Program-made: the position numbers and the translations under genes | NCBI GenBank assembly: GCA_951406725.2 | Contig: OX597832.1 | Coordinates: forward strand, 34,100,001 to 34,164,000 | Direction of reading: 5' to 3' | From: Octopus vulgaris | Taxonomy: Eukaryota | DNA: 64,000 nt | Notes under the pieces: model-generated | The model's database searches: none | The model's input: only the letters and a program-made list of their open reading frames with translations | What the model was told of the DNA's origin: nothing | Part shown: in pieces, positions 13,819 through 26,600 of the stretch | How positions within the stretch are numbered: the stretch's first letter is position 1 | How the letters are laid out: each line of letters starts with the position of its first letter

Positions 13819-14982
13819 GCCAAAAAGTGCCATTGTTATCAACTGAACGATATTTCGACATCTCGTGTTCTACGGGTTCAAAAAATAAACTTGTCAATCT
13901 ACTTCATTTTCGTTATTATTATTATTATTATTATTCATAATAATAATGAACCGTCTCCACTAACAATATACAGTAATATACATTTACTAAGTATTTATTC
14001 CATAACTATTTCAGCTGTATCGGTAAAGTCTTTACTTAGCTGATGATGCCTAATTCAACTGAAACGTCTCCGTAGTTAGCTTCCGTGGTTGACGTAATGT
14101 TTAATGCAATATTAGTGATACGCCATTGCTGTGTCATTTGTATTAGTATTTCGCATTAGATTTGTGCGTAATATCGTGACAAAACTTAACAGAAACTGGT
14201 TGCATTTTAAGGTATGTGTAGCCTTTAAAATAAAATACTTTTTAAAATACAAATAATGTAGTAGCAGCAGCAGTAGCAGCAGTAGTAGGAAAGGCGACAG
14301 AGGTGGCAGCGAAAGTAGAGACAGATATGAGATTGTATGGGTGAGTGAGTGGAAAGATAAAGTAGGAAGGAAAAAAAGGGGAGAAGGGGAACGTGGACGA
14401 CAAGTTAGAGAAGAAAAAAGAGGAAACACTAAGAAACAACAGAAGGGAATGTGAAAAGGGCGAAGGATTAGAGAGGAATAAATGGAGAGTTACAGTGAAA
14501 GCGAAGTAATAAAGAAAGGAGGATGGAAGTAAGGAAGAAGACAGAGGGGAAAAGGGGGGGGGAGAAGTAACGAAAAGAAGGAGAGGTGAAAGAATCTACA
14601 AGTTCAACTTAATATCATATCAAACAAGAAAACGTGACTATATTTTTTTTACTCTCCTGTCTACAATAAATATTTATTGTGTTTTAGTAACTTTTCAACA
14701 TTTCTACTTTAGAAAATGAAAAAAAACAAGGCTAAAAGAGAATTCATATTTTCTTCTTTGTTGGAGGGGGGGGGGGTTATTTGTCATTCATTTCATTGTT
14801 CCTGTTATTTTATATATTGTTCTTCTTGCATTTCTTGTACCATTCTAATACTTGGAGCAATTTAATCAACTAACCCCACATCCCAGCAATTTTCCAGAGA
14901 ATATTACCATTATTATTATTAGTTATCACTGTTCATCTTGTTGTTATTATTATCATTAAATAGATAGTCTCATTATTATTAC

Positions 14983-15265
14983 AGAGTGAGAGAGCAGCGC
15001 ATACCATCAAAGTGACACTGGGGTACAAATATGCGAAGCTCAATAAACCCATCATGACTACCCGTCTGATAAGTGTTCACCAGGCACATGTATCACAGCC
15101 ATATGTGCGCGATATGGTGGTCTCATATCAAGATAAACAGCGCATGACATTGCAGGTGGGGCCCAGTTACAATTTTCTTCGGTTGAGATGTTTATCCTAC
15201 TCAGAGAGTCCCTGAATAAGGGTTGTTTAAGTATGATGAACAAAACACACCCATGTTTCCAGACG
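14983..15265. repeat. Probable dispersed repeat next to (TTA)n
   Basis: Block of higher GC that I recall as an octopus-type interspersed repeat. Single copy in this window, so not confirmed internally. Confidence 0.4.
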
Positions 15266-16279
15266 CATTCCTTCTTGACTATTCGTGGGTTATAGGGGAA
15301 TACAACATCAACTATATGCTAAAATTATCACCACATTTATTCTATTTTAAATGGTGAGTGCTTTCTGTAGTATATGGCCTGTACCCATCAAGGTTATCTT
15401 TTGTAGTTGAACATTGGGTTCAGTATAACCGACTTAACCCCCAACCCCTCACTCTAAAATTGCTGTCGTTGAAATCTGCAACAGACCGGTTTCTGAGTGA
15501 AAAGTTTGTGTTCTCGGTCAGCTATACACGATGGAAAGCGAGTAAGCGGGGTTATGAGACCAAGGGGGCTCGAGACAAATATTAGAATATATTGTAGAAA
15601 AACGAGGAGGTGTTTGGTAACCATAAAGGCTCTAAAAGAAGGTATTCGGTAACGATAAAAGGATTTTATGCTTAAAATCCTTTATGGCCGAAATAATGAA
15701 TATCATTCTTAGCACACATTATGCTATTGTAAAAGATAGAAACCAATCGACGGCCTCTATCAAACATGAAGAATTAATCTTCGTAGTCTATTAAATGGTG
15801 CGACGCAAGATAGAGGTGTTTGCGGTTGATGTGCCGCCAGAAATAACTGGCCGGTGGCGATCGTATTACCTGTGTAGTCTCTCCATACGCTTGTCATCAC
15901 TGAGAGTCTAAGCGAATGACAGGCCAAGTACAGAGCAATTTTAAAAATCATTTTTCAAGAAGCACTTGGAAAGGACTAGAGACAAATTGAATCCCGCACG
16001 CAGACACACAAACACACACAATCTATTACACAATTAAAAATCACGATTTTACGAAAATATTTTTACTCGAAATATTATTAAAATGTTAAAAAAAAGGGGA
16101 CTTTAAATGAATAAATATAAAATCAATTATTGCCCTGCTGGGCATTTAAACATTATCTTTTTGCCATTTCTTTCAGTACATGTGTGTGTGAGAGAGAGAG
16201 TTAATTTGTGAGCGAGAGTGTGTTTTGTGTATGTAGTGTATATAGAAGCATACGTACATATATATGTACATACGCATAA

Positions 16280-16328
<49 letters not shown>

Positions 16329-16554
16329 TATACATACACTTATACGCACAAACACATCGTATGGCATACAGAACTTATTGTTTGGTTCAGCACGAAGTGT
16401 ACAAAACATCGCTTCCCACTTAAAATCTGATTGTTTTGCTGCTGGAAGATCTCCAACCCAAAAAAAGAATATTAAGACGAACATGTCACCACACTGAACT
16501 CCACTCGCTTTACTACTACTGCTGCTGCTGCGGCTGATAGTAATAATAATAATA

Positions 16555-16765
16555 ACCCTTTGTACTATAAGCACAAGGCCTAGAATTTGATGGGACTGGA
16601 TTATATCGAATCCAGTGTTTCACTGGTACATAATTTGTCGATCTCCGAAAGGATAAAAGGCAAAGTCGACTTTTGTGACATTTGATCTCAGAACCTGAAG
16701 ACAGACGAAATAACGCTAAACATTGCACCAGCTTAATAACGATTCTGCCGGCTCTCCGCCTAAAA
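16555..16765 (-). mobile_element. tRNA-derived SINE, third family (core gactttgcctttcatcctttcggggtcgat)
   Basis: Reverse complement aligns with 20563-20770, 26412-26600, 34580-34750, 39575-39740 and 43840-43975. Confidence 0.75.
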
Positions 16766-17249
16766 GATAATAATAATAATAATAATAAGAAGAAGAAGAA
16801 GAAGAGTCATAATTTCTTCTATAGGGCTTCAGATCTACTGAATTTTAGGAGAATATATATAAAAGCGAAATGCAACAGAAAAGTCTAGTGTTACATCGAT
16901 GGATGGATGGATGGATATCAAGAACAGCTATAATAAATGATGCCAAACTAAATTCCCCCCATGAAAAGAAAAAGAAAGTTTTCAAGTAAAATGCTCTCAG
17001 TTTCTGGGCTGCAAACCTCGGACAATACAAGGTAACCCTACGCGAAATGGTCCATATTACTCAGCTATTTCCGAGAGTTCTTTCGTATTTTACGCAAAAG
17101 TGTGCATCACTTTTTATCTTTAATAATTTAAACAAGTTGATCCAATTGCAAATGCTGCTCTAATAATCGCTCTTATATCTCAAAGTACGACTCAGCATAG
17201 TCATTAAACAAAACTGATGCATTTGCACTATTTTTCATTGCAACTCTTG

Positions 17250-18050
17250 AATGCCCTACAATAGAGCAAGCAGTTGGATGTCGAAGGGCTTCCGATCCGA
17301 GCTCAACAGTGGAAAGGGAATCACTGAGCAGCTCAGTTTACCTCTCGCCTCATTTGTTGCCAAAGACGTTTTTTGGTCTTCTATGATCATCATGGTTGTG
17401 GATCGTTTTCAAATTCTTGTCTCTTTCTCCTAATGCCTTCCCTGAAATTTTTTGAGTGTCTCAATGCCCCCACCACTCGTTGCTTATGGTACAGCTACGT
17501 GAGAACATGTCAGACAGTTGGAAACGTCTGTGTAGAACTATTACACCCCAACCTCCTCTCCGATCGAGCAACTCCACGCAATTCTCTTGTGCCTCTAAGA
17601 TACCGTTCCAGTTGTCCTATGGTGCTAAAAGCTGGAACGGTTCCAGGCGCCTGAAGAAATCTGGCCGCGCAGCATGCGGTCACTAGTTTGAGAACATTGC
17701 ATTAATTGTTTGTCATGTTTAGGACCATCACTCTACGAAGATCATCGGTAATCTTGAGATTTAAAGTTTTCAAAACGAAACCTCTTTCATCCTCTCCGTC
17801 CCCATCCTTCTAATCTGGGCTCTCAGTGAGGTGCATCTATGTCGTAATTATCAAAGATGAACTCCTATGCGTGCATCTGGAAAAAAAAAACCTTCTCACA
17901 GATTGCTCTCACAGCTATAACCGAAAGAGATCTTTGTTAGGAGGATGAAATCCCTCCAACAATGCTTTCAGATCGATTTTAAGAGTTAGAATGAATCGTC
18001 CGATACTTAGTGAGAGTGTTTGCAATAATCTTTTATAGACGTCTGACAAC
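17250..18050 (+). mobile_element. Heavily decayed RTE/RTE-X LINE ORF C-terminal region
   Basis: Residual motifs VDRFQIL (~V..FKYLG), SWKRL and LSYGAKSWN (~LLYGAESWT), with many stops and frameshifts. Confidence 0.5.
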
Positions 18051-18331
18051 GTCTTCAATATCCGTCCATGGTGTTCGAGTTTTCATTTAAATTCGGCAAA
18101 ACATTCCCTTTGTGCTTTTTGTTTTTTGTGTAGTATAATCCATCCCCCTCGCTTTTATATACAATTGCGAAGTTGACAGCTTGCGCTTTGCATATTTAGC
18201 TGATGCTCTTTCCAAGCCTATATCTGTGTGTATACATACATACATATATATACATGCATACATGCATACATATATATATATATATATATATATACATAAA
18301 AATATATACATAAAAATATCGTGTATATTAG

Positions 18332-18391
18332 AACACATTAAGAGGCTTCCAAATAGGAAGGCTTTCCTATTTGGAAGCCTCTTAATGTGTT
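18332..18391. repeat. Perfect 28-bp inverted repeat with 4-nt loop
   Basis: aacacattaagaggcttccaaataggaa-ggct-ttcctatttggaagcctcttaatgtgtt. Imperfect pairing extends to about 18303-18418. Confidence 0.95.
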
Positions 18392-18497
18392 ATGTATACG
18401 ATAATTTTATGTGAATAATATATAGTCTATTGACTAGTTCTTTTTTGTGCTAGACCATTGGTAATAATAATTTCTATAATTCTCATTACTCTAATAT

Positions 18498-18543
<46 letters not shown>

Positions 18544-18787
18544 TGTATATATTTGTAGGTTATGTTTAAAATTAAAGTTTATATTGGAGAGTTTAGAATG
18601 TAGTATTCAAACCCTGTTTTGGATATGTCCCTAGTGGTGTGCCTTGAGAGCACGTTTACCACTTGCGGCTATGAGTCGTCATCTGTGGTGCTGCACTTTA
18701 GGATTTAAAATATATGTAAAGTCTATCTCGAGACAAACGCTCTTAAGACTGCTCTCCTAGCTTCTCTGGCGTCCATATTCCTCCCTC

Positions 18788-18970
18788 AGTGGACGGGAGG
18801 CCCGTCCATGGCCGGTTTGCTCATTTTTGCCGGCTGATTGGACTGGAGCAACATGAAATGAAGTGTTTTGATCAAGAACACAACGCATCGCCTACTCTGG
18901 GATTTGGAACCACAATTTAACGATCATGAAATGAGTACAACCCCCTAACCACTAAGCCATGTGCCTCCAC
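18788..18970 (-). mobile_element. tRNA-derived SINE fragment (head related to the 3766 family, different body)
   Basis: Minus strand gtggaggcacatggcttagtggttaggg...gttgtgttcttgatcaaaacacttcatttcatgttgctccagtcc. Confidence 0.7.
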
Positions 18971-19796
18971 ACACACATACAAATATACATACACACACAC
19001 ATACATGCACACATACCTACCTACCTACCTACCGACCTACCTACCTACCTACCGACCTACACACACACACACACACACACCTATTTCGGAACCAACATTG
19101 ACGCCCCGTTCCGGGTTCACTGATCGCTAATCATCCGTAATACTCAGAAACTGTGCGTAATTAGTAAGTGGTTTGTTAGCTTGATGCTCGACTGGATTAA
19201 ATTAGATGCAAATAACGTTTTGAAGATTACTTGGTTTATTTCTTTATATATTATTACTTTATATTATTTTTTCATTCTTATTTTTGTATTTGTTTGGAGG
19301 GTTTTTTTTTTGTTGTTGGAACGGATTTAAGAATCAGCCAATACGAAATTGATTTTGTAGTGATGAAAGGATAACAATAAACAGGGATGGAGAGCAAAGA
19401 CAGCCTCAAGAATAACTACAACAACAACAACAACGACGATGATAAGATGAAATAGGGGACGAAAGAAGACAAGAATTACGCCAGTAAATAAAGTGATAAC
19501 CAATAGATGAACCTAGCTTTAACCGCCATTTGATGTATGAATTTAATCAAAGGTCTTCACGTCTATCATGTGTGTATATTATAAATATATATATCAATGC
19601 ATTGATAGATAGATGAATGGGTAGATAGATGGATAGATTGATGGATAGATAGATGGATAGATAGATAGATAGATATTAGTTTCTATGGTGTGAGTATACA
19701 TCTGTATGTGTGTGTGTGTGTAGATTCTATATCTGTTCCACGTAAACAGCCTCTTCTTTATCCTTATTTATCTTAATGTTTCTATTTTATCTCTAA

Positions 19797-19834
<38 letters not shown>

Positions 19835-20562
19835 AATCCCACTGGCTCTTATAATTGTGTGTATGCATGTATATATTACATATAAATGTCTATATATACG
19901 TAGGTATATGCACATATATATATACACACAAATACATACATACATACAGATGTGTGTAACTCTTTTATCCCCCCCCTCTCTCTCTCTCACACACCTACCT
20001 CTAAGCTCTCTAATCTCTCTCCTGTTCACTGCTAAGTTATCTCTTTTATCTCACTGTCTTTCTTCTCCTTTTCTTCTTTTTCTTCGGTGTGTCTATTAGT
20101 TAACCTCTTTCCATAAATGTCATATGGTCAGTCTAAATCTGTATTTGATCTTTCTAATATTTCTATTATGATGTCCTGACATTGCTTTCAGACAGCAAAA
20201 ACAAACAAAAAAATACGAATAAAGAAAAAAAAGAGAAAAACATAAACTGACACAGACACACACGCATACGCACACACACACACACACACACACGCGCATA
20301 CACACGCATACACACACGCATACACACATACACACACTCATGCGTTATTAATAAAGAAAGCGAACGAAAAACGATGACCAAAACTGTTCAATCAATATCT
20401 AGAAAGGTCTGTAATATATTTGTACACGAATGACTGTTTGGAAGCTCGGACACAAACAGATAGTCGTTGATAAGTGGCGATATTTCGTACCAATATGTGA
20501 ATAACTGATTGTAATATTGCCCAGTCGGAATATAGGTATTTGGTTAATATTAGCATTGACAA

Positions 20563-20770
20563 AAGCGACGAGCTGCCGGAACCGTTAGTACGCCGGGTGA
20601 AATGTTTAACGGCATTTCGTCCTTATGTTCTAAGTTCAAATTCCACTGAGGTCGACTTTGCATCTCTTTCGAGGTCCATAAAATAAGTACCGGTTGAGCA
20701 CTGAGATTGATGTCATCAATTGAGTCGCCTTCTCTGAAATTGCTGGAATTGTACCAAAATTTGAGGCTAA
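20563..20770 (+). mobile_element. tRNA-derived SINE, third family
   Basis: gcgacgagctg...gttcaaattccactgaggtcgactttgc...aaaataagtacc, with multiple related copies in the window. Confidence 0.75.
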
Positions 20771-20888
20771 TATTTACAATGATAGGGCAGTAACTGTCCC
20801 TAAGCTCCTCCTAAAATTTTATCATCGCGTAGCCTCTATTTCCGGCGAAAGTTGCTTCTTCTCTTGTAGAACAGGAGTTGGTACGAAT

Positions 20889-21326
20889 GGTCAGTATGGG
20901 TCAGTGGAGCAATCCAATGGGTCGAATTTAAACATTAAATGTAAGGAATGATTAGCGAACTAAATCTGAAAGAGCTTTGGAATTTAAAGCTAAAACTCGC
21001 TAATTTCCAGTCAAATAACGATGCGGTATTAACTATTATTTACGAAACCTAATTGAAATGAAATTTCACATGGAAGAACAGCATTAACGTGTGATCGTCA
21101 CGGGTACTCAATTTCCGGAGTCCACATGACGATCAGGTATTAATGTATGTTTAGACTAGGGGGCTGGAGGTCAATGTGGGTAGCCAAGCGATCGATAAAC
21201 ACATGAAACGAATTTTCGCATTAAGGTGAATTGTGAGCGAACTAAATAGCGCCGGTAATTTAAGGCCAAAGCTCATTAATTACCAGCCACATATTTATGC
21301 AATATCAATGAGTGTTTACCAAATCC
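20889..21326 (+). repeat. Diverged direct duplication, period about 280 bp
   Basis: 20922-21050 aligns with 21209-21326 (cgaattt..cattaa..agcgaactaaat..aatttaa.gc.aaa.ctc..taatt.ccag). Confidence 0.6.
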
Positions 21327-21954
21327 ATATTTTGTATTAAATACTCCGTCTATATTAATATGACATGACTGAATTTTCATTGTTCTTATCAATTTCGTCA
21401 AGTATTTTCATGACATTTCTATAAAGAAATAATTAAAAAGTTGCAATGACATAAAAGAATGAAGGAATTATCACTTCTAAATCAAAGAACTTTTCATTTA
21501 TTATACTTTTGAATTCTAGTTTAGAAATTTACAAGATGGAGTTCAATAAGTTATCAACGATTGGTTCAATAATAGAAGTTTCTCCGACCTTATTTTAAAT
21601 CAATCACTCGGTTCGTGGATTTCATCCATTGCCTGTTCTTACAGAACTACATACTTTGATTGCCTTCAGAAGAGGAATCTACTGTGTTGCAAGCCCTCGG
21701 ATCAGGTCTCCGATTTGAGGATAACTCTCTGCATTTCTTTCTTGATTGAAGACTTTGTAAAACGTCATGGACAAACAAACGTGTATTTTCTTTTTCACAA
21801 ACAACTTCTTACAAATCATTAGCCATCTAATCATCCATTCTATTCACTTTCTTCATCTGGACGTGTCGTGGGAGTACGGTTCGAGCAACTTTTCCATAGG
21901 GTCCTACCAAAAGCAGCCGTCATCACACTTTCTGCGGGATTTCCAAACGTGGCC

Positions 21955-22210
21955 AACTGAAATTATGTTCTTGGTCCACCTTTAGTTTTCCTGACAATTG
22001 GTTCGGTTTGAAGAATTCGTCTAGTGATTCTTTACTGCGACATTCTAATCATATGCCCATAGTACCGTAACTGTGACCTTTTAATGCAGAGAAGTCGTGT
22101 CTCGATCTGGAGAGTTTCCTTGATCTCCGAGCTATGCGCCTTGTCGAGTAACGTTACTCTAGAAATTCTTCGGAGGAACCCGATTTCGGGCGCTTATACT
22201 CGTGATCGTG
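21955..22210 (-). mobile_element. RTE-clade LINE ORF C-terminal fragment
   Basis: Minus translation APEIGFLRRISRVTLLDKAHSSEIKETLQIE...RSQLRYYGHMIRMSQ*RITRRIL...KGGPRT. Confidence 0.8.
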
Positions 22211-22524
22211 GTCTTTCCGTAATGATTAATCATTTATTCCCTAACATATCTAATTTAGAATCTATTATAAAATATTCCAAATCCCCAAACCTACATCAAA
22301 TAACAAAATGCTATCATAAACAAGGACGGCATAGATTGGGTAATACAGTTCTACTCAATCCCCCCCAAAAAAAACAGAGTGGTCACATCCGGAATATCTT
22401 TGGTTATAGGTTCGAGTGATCAAGATTCTATCTGAGGGAATTCGGAGGATCGGTTATAATATTGGTGCTGAGAAAGAGGAGCTGTAAACGAGTTTATGCA
22501 ACGGAGATTGGCCGATAGGGAAGC

Positions 22525-23015
22525 TGCAATAACGACAACAACACCGTCAACATGATAATTATCGTTATCATTATCTTCGACATCGTCATCAAGGCCATCA
22601 TCCTCGTCAGCATCATTATCGTCATCGTCACCATCATCACCACCACCGCCTTCATCATTATCATCATCATCATCATCGTCATAATTATCGTTGTTTTCAG
22701 CTGTAGCAGCATCAGCAGGACGATCATCACTATAATCATGATCACCATCACTTTCTTCTTCCTCCTCCTCCTCATCATCATCATGAATAACAACAACAAC
22801 AAGTATCATTGTCGTCGTCATCGTTGTCTTTGCAATCAGCAGCCCCAGCATCACCACCACCACCACCACCACCGCCGCCGCCGCCGCCACTTACCATCAA
22901 CGTTATCATCACCAGAAACACTCAGTTAACACCCCTCCACCGCCGTCACCAAAACCAACAACAACATCATTACCATCATCGTCATCTACATCACGATCAC
23001 CATCGACCTTCAACA
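22525..23015. repeat. Compound trinucleotide low-complexity tract (CAT/CAC/CGC/CAA/CTC)
   Basis: Direct reading. Produces spurious poly-D/H/I ORFs in several frames. Confidence 0.85.
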
Positions 23016-23599
23016 CGTCACCCTTATTTCCGACAAATATACCACGAGAAAGAAAACAAACAAAAAATAAAACAAACAAACAACCAAAACAAACAAGTAA
23101 AATAGAGCCATCTCTTCATAATATCCCTGATGGACATTTTTTTTATATATATTGTCTCTTTATTTCTATTTTATTTTTCTATTTACTGTAAACGACCATC
23201 TCTGATTAAAGTGTTCTGCCGAAATCACAAGAGAGGCACAACACACAATCAATAAACTTCCAGATAAATTACCCTTTCTTAGCCAGAGTTATTCTCCTTG
23301 TCACTGTATCATTATTGTTTCCTGTTGTTTTATATGAATATTTTACTGGTTATTTATTGTTTTTTTACAACCCCCACCACCACCACGCTTTCTCTTTCCT
23401 TCTCCCTCCCTCATTCTCTTTCTCTCTCCTTCTCTCTCTATGAATATTTTAGCGCTTTTCATGGTTGTTCTGATACAACTAGTTGGTGGTGGGCCTGGCA
23501 GGGTGGGGCGATGGGCTGCAGCTATTTAACAAATCTATTAAGTTTGAACACATTAAAAGTAAAGTACAATGGTGTGTCTGTATGTACTTGTATGCATCT

Positions 23600-23651
<52 letters not shown>

Positions 23652-23986
23652 TTACACACACGCACACACATATACACATTTATATATGTATACACACACA
23701 TATATATTATACATGTGTGCAAACACAGAAAACGCGGATATTCATACAGTACATTAAATACACACTAACACAATTTTCAACTCGTCCACATCAGACACGC
23801 AAACACAACCACTCACTCACAAACATACAGGGTGTAAGCATACCTGTAGGTACGTATGTATATATATATATATATATATGTATATATGCATATGTATCTC
23901 CTGAAATCTCGCTATTTTACACTTTTACACTGAAATGTGCAGCATAGAACAGTAACAAATATTTTACATACTAACATTGCTATAGC

Positions 23987-24027
<41 letters not shown>

Positions 24028-24072
24028 TCTCTCATATAAATATATATGTATGTATGTGTATGTATACCTGCC

Positions 24073-24115
<43 letters not shown>

Positions 24116-24588
24116 GCGTATATATCTATATATTATACATTTATGTTTAAGTGTGTGTGTGTCCGAACGTATGTGCATATTTCTATTGATATATATATAT
24201 ACACACGCATACACATGCTGTAATAGGAGGTAAAACGTAGCCCATGTTATTTATTAAGAAAATGTCTATTTCATGGTAGATAATTTCAAATTATCGCTAA
24301 TGTTTACTAATGGTTTGTGGTGAAACGTTGTTTACTTCATCACTAAAACTATATTAATAAATAAAGAACACTGAATTAATCAGAAGTAGAAGATATATAC
24401 ATATACACATACATATATATTGACATAGAAATATATGCATACATATATACAGTATTTGACATTCTTTTGGACATCCTTATATTTTTATATATGCACGTGC
24501 TTATGTGCATCAATGTGTATATATACATATATAGATATGCGTACATAACCATATATAAACATAAGCATATCTATATACATACATGCAC

Positions 24589-24630
<42 letters not shown>

Positions 24631-24669
24631 TTGTATGTGTAGATATTTAGGTATGAATGTGTATCTATC

Positions 24670-24713
<44 letters not shown>

Positions 24714-26411
24714 AGTAAATACTTTGTGTGTATATATATATGCATATAGTCATTTGTGAATGTATGTATATATAGATGCTCTTCAATCATCATAATTATC
24801 ACAGTGTGGAGGTGGAGTCTTCGTAATTAAATTTACAGAAGATGTTTAAGTTTGGTGTTTGCAGAGATATCAAGTGTTTGTTATAGTTTCTCTTGATATT
24901 CCCGACTTGAAAAAACACATTATCACCTCGCAAGAAATCAACGATTAATTGTTATTTATGAAGCCACTTAAAAAAATTTAAACGAAGGCCAAGACTGAAA
25001 TGTGTAAAGCGATCTGATATTGTGATATCAAATTACTCGAAGAAGTCTTTCTCTTCTCCACATCGTGTCCTGTATCGCAACTTTGTATATTTACTTAAGA
25101 TTCTTTCCATCCGACTCCAACAAGAAATTTAAAAGTCTACCTCGTTGTCGTAAATCATTCCTGAGAGTGTCGTTAAATTTCATAATATGGAAGCGTGAAA
25201 GCAACCCACGCAAATGTGTTTACTAAACGGCTGAAATAATTTGATTTGTCACAAAAACTGGTTTCTCGGTTGCTATATTAACATGCATACCTCATAATCA
25301 TATGATTTTCCGATTCAGTATTGGTTTTAAGGTTTTCTATTAATTTTTAGGCTTTTAAGTATGTTCGCTGGGGCCAATGTAACGTCGAATAAATCGGATG
25401 ATCTTCGGGCTGTTTTCCATTAATCTCTTTAAAAAGGGGAACCGACGTCAATTCGAAAAAGGACGTAAGTTGAGATATGCCTGTAGTTACATACATGCTC
25501 AGTTTGACAGCTTTGCATAACAGCCAGACAGCTCGGACAACTGAATTAGTTCAATCAGACTAAATTGTAGTTATGCAGCTACCGAGGAGGGATACTCAAC
25601 CAATGACATCCGAGTTGACCCCCCCTCATACATACACATACAACCAACATCGCCACAGTGACATAGACTCCGAGTTGGTGTCTTCTTTCCTTTTCTTCTA
25701 AATATCTGTTTTTACAGTCCAATAAATATACAAGCTTATCTTTTCCATGATTTCAGGAATTGTTTAATCTTACCGAAAACTATAATCATTGAGTAAATAG
25801 CTTGTTTTTCGTTTTAGCCACATAATTTTTATGGCGTTATTATTTATATTTCCAAAAGCTCAGTCACGGATGGATTCTTTTCAGATCTAACAGTAAAAAT
25901 CAAGAATTGTCAACTCTTGAATTTTTTCTTCTTTTACTGGTTTCCTGCAGTTCTCTGCGACAATGCTTCAGCACAATCTTTAACGTGTCTCAGTCGATTA
26001 TATCAACCTTCCTACTAATTTCATTGGTTTCGTAAGATATGAATAGCAAAGTGGGTATTGACGCAAAGGAGCATAACACAGTTGGCCCTCCTTCTTTATT
26101 AAACCCTCCTCGTCTCAGAACCCATATATATTTCCTTCTTCCCATAAGAGCTGTCTGTCTACTTTGAGACAGTGCTTCCCTCATTGGCTCAGAAATATAA
26201 GTGTAGTTGTTTTTCTTGTGTTTATTGCCGTTTTACCCTAATCTGTCCCGTTTTAAATATTTAGGATCAAAGGAAATCTATCCATACAACGAAATCTTTA
26301 AGACTAGTGTAGCAGAGACAACGTTATCCAATGTCCTTCAAATTTTTAAGACGGCAGAGTGGACATATTTGCGGGATATTTGGTGGCTATGATTGGGAGC
26401 TCGAATTAAAC

Positions 26412-26600
26412 CGGCGAGCTGGCAGAATCGATAGCACGTCGGCCAAAATGCTTAGTGGTATTTCTTCCAGCGTTACAGTCTTTGTTCGAATTCCGCCAAA
26501 GTCGGTTTGGTAAAATGGGTACCATTTGAGCATTGGGATTGATGCAATCCACTCGGCTCCTCCCCACTAATTTCATGCTTCGTGCCTAGAGTTGATAAAA
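26412..26600 (+). mobile_element. tRNA-derived SINE, third family (internally deleted)
   Basis: ggcgagctggcagaatcgatagcacg...gttcgaattccgcc head. Confidence 0.7.

Noticed and set aside
15657-15684. 11-bp hairpin aaaggatttta/taaaatccttt (similar one at 46457-46483)
   Set aside because: Short and AT-rich, with no supporting context; could arise by chance.
22420-23105. Acidic, poly-His and poly-Pro ORFs resembling a low-complexity protein exon
   Set aside because: Compound trinucleotide repeat open in several frames, with no domain and no convincing splice pair.
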